Below are positions 57,660-64,000 of a DNA stretch of 64,000 bases, in pieces (position 1 is the first letter of the stretch; every line of letters starts with the position of its first letter). The notes beneath the pieces are model-generated. The model saw only the letters and a list, made by a program, of their open reading frames with translations. It did not search any database and was not told the DNA's origin. Both the position numbers and the translations under genes were made by a program. Source of the DNA: an uncultured delta proteobacterium (GTDB lineage Bacteria > Myxococcota > Myxococcia > Myxococcales > Anaeromyxobacteraceae); NCBI GenBank assembly GCA_963845515.1, contig CAWJSR010000020.1, positions 64,001-128,000 on the forward strand, written 5' to 3'.

Positions 57660-57751
57660 CCTAAGCGGAGCGGGGCGCGGGAGCCAGTGCCGGGACTATT
57701 CATCGGGGAGTGACGCCTGGGTCGTCTCACAGACCCCCCCGACTGGACACG

Positions 57752-58882
57752 ATGGCGCTGGGATTCTCGATCGAGCACGAGCGGGATGGCCCCGAAAAGG
57801 GCCAGCTCCGCCTCCAGGGCTGTCTGAAGCTCGCCGAGGCGGCGCCGCTCTGGAAGGAGCTACGCCGCCTCGAGGCTGTCGCGGAGCGCGGCCAGCGGCT
57901 CGACTTCGAGATGTCCGGCGTGGAGCGCGTCGACGGTGGCGCCATGGCGCTGCTGGCCGCCGTGCGGGCCGATCTGCAGCGCCGCGGCGTGGCGTCGGAG
58001 TTCGTGGGGGCCGGCGAGCGCGTCCAGCGGGTCATCCACCTCTACGGCGGCGACATCGTGGTGGCGCGACTGCGTACCCGCCGCGCGCTGGGGGTCCTGG
58101 ATCAGCTGGGACGCGCGGCCCTCGCAAGCTTGAGGGAGGGGCAGCTGGTCCTGGCGTTCCTCGGGCAGATGGTCGTCTCCGGCGCCGGACTCCTGCGAGC
58201 GCCTCGCTCGGCCAACTGGCGCGAGGTGCCCGCGACGATGGAGCGCACCGGCGCCGACGCCGTGCCGATCGTCGTCTTGATCAACTTCCTGGTCGGGCTG
58301 GCGATGGCGTTTCAGGCCTCGGTGCAGCTCAAGCGGTTCGGCGCCAACATCCTGGTCGCCGATCTGATCGGGATCTCGGTCTGCCGGGAGCTCGGACCAT
58401 TGATGACCGCGATCGTCGTCAGCGGCCGCTCCGGCGCCGCGTTCACGGCGGAGCTGGGCGTCATGCAGGTGAACGGGGAGATCGACGCGCTGCGGACGAT
58501 GGGGCTCGAGCCGATGCGCTACCTCGTGCTGCCGCGCATGATCGCGCTGGTCCTCGTGGTGCCGCTGCTCGCCATCCTGGCCGACGTGGGGGGCGTCGCG
58601 GGCGGGCTCGTGGTCGGGGTCACCAGCCTCGACCTGACGGCGCGGGGCTACCTCAACGAGACGGCGCGCGTCGTATCGCTCTGGGACGTCTCGTCCGGGA
58701 TCCTCAAGGCGGTCGTCTTCGCCGTCGCCATCGCGCTGATCGCGTGCCAGCAGGGGCTCGCCACCGCCGGCGGCGCCGAGGGCGTTGGGCGCCGCACCAC
58801 CTCGGGCGTGGTCCTCAACCTGTTCACGCTCATCCTCCTCGACGCGGTGATCACGGTCGTCGTCCGGGTGGCGGGCCTATGA
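57752..58882 (+). CDS. mlaE: MlaE-family permease with N-terminal STAS-like domain
   Basis: RELGPLMTAIVVSGRSGAAF.AELG, EIDALRTMG, GAEGVGR.TT. Confidence 0.9.
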   Translation: MALGFSIEHERDGPEKGQLRLQGCLKLAEAAPLWKELRRLEAVAERGQRLDFEMSGVERVDGGAMALLAAVRADLQRRGVASEFVGAGERVQRVIHLYGGDIVVARLRTRRALGVLDQLGRAALASLREGQLVLAFLGQMVVSGAGLLRAPRSANWREVPATMERTGADAVPIVVLINFLVGLAMAFQASVQLKRFGANILVADLIGISVCRELGPLMTAIVVSGRSGAAFTAELGVMQVNGEIDALRTMGLEPMRYLVLPRMIALVLVVPLLAILADVGGVAGGLVVGVTSLDLTARGYLNETARVVSLWDVSSGILKAVVFAVAIALIACQQGLATAGGAEGVGRRTTSGVVLNLFTLILLDAVITVVVRVAGL

Positions 58883-59625
58883 GCGATCCCGTGGTCAAGG
58901 TCGCGGACCTCTCCTTCGGCTGGGAGGAGGCCGTCCTGCTGAGCGGCGCGACCTTCGAGGTGGAGCGAGGCTCCATCTTCGTCATCCTCGGGGGCAGCGG
59001 CAGCGGCAAGTCGACCCTGCTGCGGTACCTGGTGGGGCTCGACGAGCCGCTGAGCGGCACCGTCACCGTCGAGGGGCTCGCGCCAAGCCAGATCATCGCC
59101 GGCCGGCCCGGCTTCGGCGTGACGTTCCAGACGGGCGCCCTGATCGGGTCGCTCACCGTGGCAGAGAACGTGGCGCTGCCGCTGCTGGAGTGGACCGAGC
59201 TTCCGCTCGACGCCGTCGGCGCGATCGTCGCGGCCAAGCTGCGGCTCGTCGGCCTGCAGCGCGCCGAGGCGCAGCTGCCCAGCGAGCTGTCGGGAGGGAT
59301 GCGCAAGCGCGCGGCGATCGCGCGGGCGATGGCGCTGGAGCCAGACCTGCTCTTCCTGGACGAGCCGTCGGCCGGCCTCGACCCGGTCTCCGCGGCGGAG
59401 CTGGACGACCTGATCCTGGACCTCAACGCCCAGCTCGGGCTGACCTTCGTGGTGGTCACGCACGATCTCGAGAGCATCTTCAAGATCGGCGGGTCCTGCA
59501 TCATGCTCGACCACGAGAGCAAGAGCATCATCGCGCGCGGCGATCCGCGTCTCCTCCGGGATGCCAGCGAGGATCCGCGCGTCCACGCGTTCTTCAACCG
59601 GACTCGGCAGGCGGTGAAGTCATGA
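58879..59625 (+). CDS. mlaF: MlaF-type ABC ATPase
   Basis: GGSGSGKST, LSGGMRKR, DEPSAGLDP. Confidence 0.9.
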   Translation: MSDPVVKVADLSFGWEEAVLLSGATFEVERGSIFVILGGSGSGKSTLLRYLVGLDEPLSGTVTVEGLAPSQIIAGRPGFGVTFQTGALIGSLTVAENVALPLLEWTELPLDAVGAIVAAKLRLVGLQRAEAQLPSELSGGMRKRAAIARAMALEPDLLFLDEPSAGLDPVSAAELDDLILDLNAQLGLTFVVVTHDLESIFKIGGSCIMLDHESKSIIARGDPRLLRDASEDPRVHAFFNRTRQAVKS

Positions 59626-60512
59626 GCGCTCCGACCAATCGCTGGAAGCTCGGGGCCTTCGTCGTGGTGTCGGTGGTGGCCGGCCTGGCCGCGGCCGTCC
59701 TGCTCACGGCGCAGTGGCTGCAGGTCGAGACCGTGACCTACAAGTCCTACTTCGACGAGGCGGTGACCGGTCTCGACGTCGGGTCCCCGGTCAGCTTTCG
59801 CGGCGTGAAGGTCGGAAACGTCTCGGGAATCGACGTCGCGCCCGACCGTCGCCACGTCGAGATCAGCTACACCCTGGGGGTCGACGTGCTGAGGCGGCTG
59901 GGGCTCGCCGGCCAGGGCACGGGCAAGAGGACGAAGATCACGGTCCCGCCGGAGCTGCGGGTCCAGATCGCCTCGACGGGGCTCACCGGGACCAAGTACC
60001 TGCAGTTCGACTTCTTCAACACGGGCGGCACGCCTCCCCCCGTGCTGCCGTTCCCCGTGCCCGACAACTACATCCCCGCGACCCCCTCGACGATGAAGAA
60101 CCTGGAGGACGCGGTGGTCCGGGCGGTCGAACAGCTCCCCGGCCTCGTGCAGGAGCTGGCCGGTGTGGTCGACAGGGTGAACGTCCTCCTCGAGGACGTG
60201 AACCAGCGGGGTGTCCCGGGGAAGGCGGTCGCGACGCTGGAGCACGCCAATCAGCTGGCCGCGGGGATCCAGGCCACCCTGGCGAAGGTGGACGGCGTGG
60301 TCGCGCGCCTCGACGGGAAGGACGGCCTCCTCGCGAGCCTGCAGCGGTCCTCCGATTCGCTGGGTGACGCGGCCGGGCCACGGCTCGGCTCCAACCTCGA
60401 CTCGGGTGCGCGCGATCTGCGCGAGGCTGCGGTGGCGATCCGGCAGCTCGCCGAGGCGCTCCAGCGAGACCCCGACATGCTGATGAAGGGGAAGTCGAAG
60501 GTGGGGCCATGA
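59622..60512 (+). CDS. mlaD: MlaD/MCE-family protein
   Basis: FDEAVTGLDVGSPV.FRGV.VG, GLTG.KY. Confidence 0.9.
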   Translation: MSAPTNRWKLGAFVVVSVVAGLAAAVLLTAQWLQVETVTYKSYFDEAVTGLDVGSPVSFRGVKVGNVSGIDVAPDRRHVEISYTLGVDVLRRLGLAGQGTGKRTKITVPPELRVQIASTGLTGTKYLQFDFFNTGGTPPPVLPFPVPDNYIPATPSTMKNLEDAVVRAVEQLPGLVQELAGVVDRVNVLLEDVNQRGVPGKAVATLEHANQLAAGIQATLAKVDGVVARLDGKDGLLASLQRSSDSLGDAAGPRLGSNLDSGARDLREAAVAIRQLAEALQRDPDMLMKGKSKVGP

Positions 60513-61129
60513 GGGCCGCGCTCTGCTCGCTCGTGGTCACGGTCGCGCTCTCCGGCTGCGCGCTGCTGGGGAAGAGCGAGCCGGTCGTACCGCGATACTT
60601 CGCCGCGGAATACGACGGCGAGCCCACCGCCGCCCGCGCCCGGCCGGAGCTGCAGCTCCGGCTCGACCGGGTCGAGGGCTGGTCACACCTGCGCGAGCGG
60701 ATGGTGGTCCGGAGCTCCGCTCGGGAGTTCTTCTTCTACGAGGACCGGCGCTGGCTCGAGCGGCCCGAGGTCTACCTGCGGCGCGCGCTCGCCCGCACGC
60801 TCTTCGAGGAGCGCGGCGTGGTCGAGGCGATCTCCGGCCGCGCCGTCACGCTCGAGGTCGAGCTGATCGCGTTCGAGGAGCTGGCGCAGCCCCACGAGAT
60901 CCGGCTGCAGGCGCGGGTGGTGCTGATCGACGAGCGCGTGGCCCTGCTCGCCGAGACGATCACGGTGGAGCAGCCGATCGGGAGCGGGGGATCCGACCCG
61001 GTGGGGGCCGCAGTCGACGCGTACTCCCTGGGGCTGCGGACGGGAGTGAAGCTCATCGCCGATCGGGTGATCGCGAGGCTCGCCGAGCAGGCGGCGAGCG
61101 GCGCCCAGAGCGAAGCTCCCGCGCGTTGA
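60509..61129 (+). CDS. PqiC-like ABC auxiliary lipoprotein
   Basis: Lipobox LSGC; RW..RP; last gene of the MCE operon. Confidence 0.8.
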   Translation: MRAALCSLVVTVALSGCALLGKSEPVVPRYFAAEYDGEPTAARARPELQLRLDRVEGWSHLRERMVVRSSAREFFFYEDRRWLERPEVYLRRALARTLFEERGVVEAISGRAVTLEVELIAFEELAQPHEIRLQARVVLIDERVALLAETITVEQPIGSGGSDPVGAAVDAYSLGLRTGVKLIADRVIARLAEQAASGAQSEAPAR

Positions 61130-61174
61130 GCCATCCGGCGGGGGGACGTGGAGCGCGGGAGGCCCGGGTCCAAG

Positions 61175-61579
61175 CTAGCTGGGCCGCTGCCCCGCCGCGC
61201 CAGCGGGCTCCAGGAACCACCCGCCGAACAGCGAGTAGTTCATGAGGTGGGAGTCGTCGCCGGTGAGGACGTAGATCCGGGCGACGGGAGACGCCGGGTC
61301 GAACTTCCTCCCGAGCCACTTCGCGATCCCCGCGTCCGAGGGCTCGGTGGAGCTGGCGAGCGCCTGCCTGCCCTCGGCCGTGAGCCGGAAGACCTCGCTC
61401 TCTCCGTCCCAGCCCAGGGCGCGCGCCCTCGCCCTGGCCTTCTCGCCGGGCTCGTGCAGGACCACGGCCACGTCGTCGGAGAAGCCGATCACCGCGATCG
61501 CGGGGGCGTGCATCCTCAGGCATCCGTTGACGATCCGCTGCATCACGTCGACGTCCGCCGGTGTCTTCTTCTCGGTCAT
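61175..61579 (-). CDS. Hypothetical protein
   Basis: 134-aa ORF with typical codon bias, no recognised motif. Confidence 0.6.
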   Translation of the reverse strand: MTEKKTPADVDVMQRIVNGCLRMHAPAIAVIGFSDDVAVVLHEPGEKARARARALGWDGESEVFRLTAEGRQALASSTEPSDAGIAKWLGRKFDPASPVARIYVLTGDDSHLMNYSLFGGWFLEPAGAAGQRPS

Positions 61580-61628
61580 GGGGATCTGACCCTAGTCGGT
61601 GCGTCGAAACGGTCAAGCTGCGATCCGC

Positions 61629-64000
61629 TTAGGTCGCCGTCCCGGTGCGCGAGCCGCGCACCGAGGGAAGCGATGGGAACCGCGCGCTGAGCCGCTCCAG
61701 CGCGCCGAGGAGGTCGGGCCTTGCGTCCAGCAGGGGGCGCAGCGGGTCGGCCCCCAGCCGCTGGAGGCGCGCCGGGACGGTGCGGATGGTGAAGCGCGCC
61801 GGGTCGAGCTTGCGGCTCACCTCGCTCCAGCGCAGCGGGGTCGAGACCGGCGCGCCGTCGCGCGGTCGGACGCAGTAGGCCGCCGCGATCGTCTTCCCGG
61901 CGCCGTTCTGGAAGGCGTCCAGGTAGACGCGCCCTCCGCGCCCGCCGATCGCGCGAACGGTGGTGGCGATCTCTCCGTGCACCGACTCGATGGCGCGGCA
62001 GAGGAGCGCGGCCAGCGTGCGCGCCTGGTCGTGGGTGAGCTGTCCGCCAGTCGGCACCAGGACGTGAAGTCCGCGCTGGCCGCTCGTCTTGGGGAAGGAG
62101 GGGAGCCCCAGGTCGTCGCAGAGTGCGTGGGCCGCGCGCGCCAGGGCGATCACGTGCTCGAAGGGAGCGTCCTTGGGATCCAGATCCAGCACCAGCCAGT
62201 CGGGACGATCCATCGAGCCGGCACGGCTCGCGAGGACGTGGATGGGGATCGCCCCGAGGTTCGCCACCCACGCCAGCCCCTCGACGTCGTCGAGCAGCGC
62301 CAGCTCCAGATCCCGGTCGGACTCGTCGGAGCGGACGGTCACGATCCGCATCCAGGCCGGCCGGGCCAGCGAGGTGTCCTTCTGGAAGAAGCTCTTGCCG
62401 TCGATGCCGTCCGGGAAGCGGGTGAGCACGACGGGGCGGTCCCGGAGGAGCGGGAGCATCGCCGGCGCGATGGTCCGGTAGTAGTCGACCAGCTCGCGCT
62501 TCGTGATCCGATCGCGCGGGAAGTAGATCTTGTCGGGGTGGGAGATCTCCAGTGGCCCCGTCACCCCGGTGGGGGAGAGGGGACGGAGCTCCTGGGAGTC
62601 CTCTCCCGCGTGGGAAGGGGTTGGATGCTCCGATGCGTCGATCTCCTCCAGCCGCTTGTCGTCGCGAGTCCGGACGAAGACGGGTTGGCGGAGCACGCCC
62701 TCGCGCGTCCAGTCCTTGAACCGGACCTCCACGACCAGCGTCGGCTCCACCCAGCTGTGCCCCCTGCCAGCGGGCACTGGCCCGCTGCACGGTGGAGCGC
62801 TCACCACGTGACCCGAGAGGCGCCCGTAGAGCTGGGCGAGCAGCTCCTCGTCGAAGCCCGTCCCGACCCTGCCCGCGTACTGAAGCCCGTCGGCTCCACG
62901 CGCCCCCAGGTGGAGGGCGCCGAAGCCGGTGCGGCCTGCCGCTGGCGCGGTGAAGCCCACGACGGCGAAGTCGCCGGCCCGCTCCGTCCGGACCTTCAGC
63001 CAGGTCGGTGAGCGCCCCGACCGGTAGGGCGCGTCTCCACGCTTGCCGACGATCCCCTCGAGGCCGCGGGCCTCGACCTCGCGGTAGAGCGCCTCGCCCT
63101 CCGTCTCGACGTGGTCGGCGAAGCGCACGGGGCCGAGGCGCGGCGAGAGCGCGGCCAGGACCGCCTTTCGCTGGACCAGCGGCAGCGGGCGCAGGTCCAG
63201 CCCTCCGGCGGCGAGGAGATCGAACGCGAAGAAGGTCGCAGGCCGGACGACGGAGGCGTCCGCGACGTCGATCGCCCGGCTGAGCCGTCCGCGTCCCTGG
63301 AGCGCCTGGAAGTCGGGGCGCCCCTCGCCGTCGAGCACCACCACCTCGCCGTCGATCACGGCCCGCTCGACCGGGAGCGCCGCCACGGACCGCGCGACCT
63401 CGGGGAAGAGGGCGGTCGCGTCGCCACCGCGCCGGTAACGCAGCGTCACGCTCGCCCCCTCCTTCCAGGCGAGGAGCCGGTACCCGTCGTACTTGAGCTC
63501 GAAGAGCCACCCCTCGGCCCGGAACGGCGCGTCGGTCGGCTGGGCGAGCATGGGGCCGACCTCGCCCGGGTGGAGCGCGCTGCGAGGCGCGCCGTCGGCT
63601 TCGGCGCGCGCGAGCGCGGCTGCGACGCGTGGCGTCCCGCTCGCGACCTCCTCCAGGGTGCGTCCCGACAGGATCGAGACGTCGGGGAAGGGGCGGGAGG
63701 AGCCGGGATCCGCCCAGGCGTCGCGATGCTTCAGGAGGAGCCACTCCCGCGCCGAGCGCGTCCGCACCAGGGTCCACTCCCCCCGCAGCTTGTAGCCGCC
63801 CAGCTCGAAGAGCAGCTTGCCCGCCTCGTAGCCGGCGTCCGGGTCCTCGACGGCGCGCCACCAGCCGCGGTCCCAGAGGATCACCGAGCCAGCGCCGTAG
63901 CTACCGGCAGGGATGGTCCCCTCGAAGTCGGCGTACTCGATCGGGTGATCCTCGACCTCGACCGCCATGCGCTTCTGGGCCGGGTCGGCCGAAGGGCCCT
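61629..64000 (-). CDS. ligD: NHEJ DNA ligase D (phosphoesterase-ligase-polymerase), 5' end outside window
   Basis: VEDHP.EYADFEG.IP.GSYGAG, ELKYDGYR, EGIVGK, W.K, FFQK, DLDP, KTSG..G.H. Confidence 0.95.
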   Translation of the reverse strand, partial: GPSADPAQKRMAVEVEDHPIEYADFEGTIPAGSYGAGSVILWDRGWWRAVEDPDAGYEAGKLLFELGGYKLRGEWTLVRTRSAREWLLLKHRDAWADPGSSRPFPDVSILSGRTLEEVASGTPRVAAALARAEADGAPRSALHPGEVGPMLAQPTDAPFRAEGWLFELKYDGYRLLAWKEGASVTLRYRRGGDATALFPEVARSVAALPVERAVIDGEVVVLDGEGRPDFQALQGRGRLSRAIDVADASVVRPATFFAFDLLAAGGLDLRPLPLVQRKAVLAALSPRLGPVRFADHVETEGEALYREVEARGLEGIVGKRGDAPYRSGRSPTWLKVRTERAGDFAVVGFTAPAAGRTGFGALHLGARGADGLQYAGRVGTGFDEELLAQLYGRLSGHVVSAPPCSGPVPAGRGHSWVEPTLVVEVRFKDWTREGVLRQPVFVRTRDDKRLEEIDASEHPTPSHAGEDSQELRPLSPTGVTGPLEISHPDKIYFPRDRITKRELVDYYRTIAPAMLPLLRDRPVVLTRFPDGIDGKSFFQKDTSLARPAWMRIVTVRSDESDRDLELALLDDVEGLAWVANLGAIPIHVLASRAGSMDRPDWLVLDLDPKDAPFEHVIALARAAHALCDDLGLPSFPKTSGQRGLHVLVPTGGQLTHDQARTLAALLCRAIESVHGEIATTVRAIGGRGGRVYLDAFQNGAGKTIAAAYCVRPRDGAPVSTPLRWSEVSRKLDPARFTIRTVPARLQRLGADPLRPLLDARPDLLGALERLSARFPSLPSVRGSRTGTAT
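61680..61703. repeat. 24-bp direct repeat, copy 2 (within the ligD 3' end)
   Basis: Identical to 57636-57659; encodes ALERLSAR. Confidence 0.85.

Noticed and set aside
57620..57665. Tn3-type terminal inverted repeat (GGGG...CTAAG)
   Set aside because: Spacing does not fit a 38-bp IR, the other end lacks a matching GGGG terminus, and there is no transposase

Overview
GC-rich bacterial DNA that resembles Myxococcota, probably Anaeromyxobacter-like. This assignment is inferred from an rpoE1/anti-sigma/frzS cluster, TIGR02266-type PilZ proteins and CglB-like lipoproteins. Most of the window is housekeeping or core content: murJ, rlmI, coaBC, a uracil-DNA glycosylase, nfeD/slipin, rlmD, miaB, a PilZ-Hsp70, guaBA, a fatty acyl-CoA ligase, a Zn/Mn ABC uptake operon, xdhC/iorAB, mlaEFD and ligD. 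Three regions stand out. (1) A ~6-kb island (40741-46727) is integrated at an initiator tRNA-Met and bounded by a 13-bp direct repeat. It holds decayed integrase and terminase remnants plus intact cargo: a DUF5677-like gene, a convergent Beta-family/sce7726-family pair, two orphans and a G14 tract in a divergent promoter region. It is a candidate anti-phage module. (2) The metal-uptake operon is headed by a putative CxxC/Pro-tail leader peptide and carries the same GGGAATC-N17-GTTG ECF promoter found upstream of rpoE1. (3) Between iorB and ligD lies a plastic zone: iorB is truncated and fused in frame to an FG-GAP lipoprotein, and the mla cassette is flanked by a perfect 24-bp duplication of the ligD 3' end. 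Several +1 frameshifts, mostly in short G/C runs (guaB, acyl-CoA ligase, two Hsp70s), look like sequencing errors. All family calls come from motif recognition by eye; no database searches were run.
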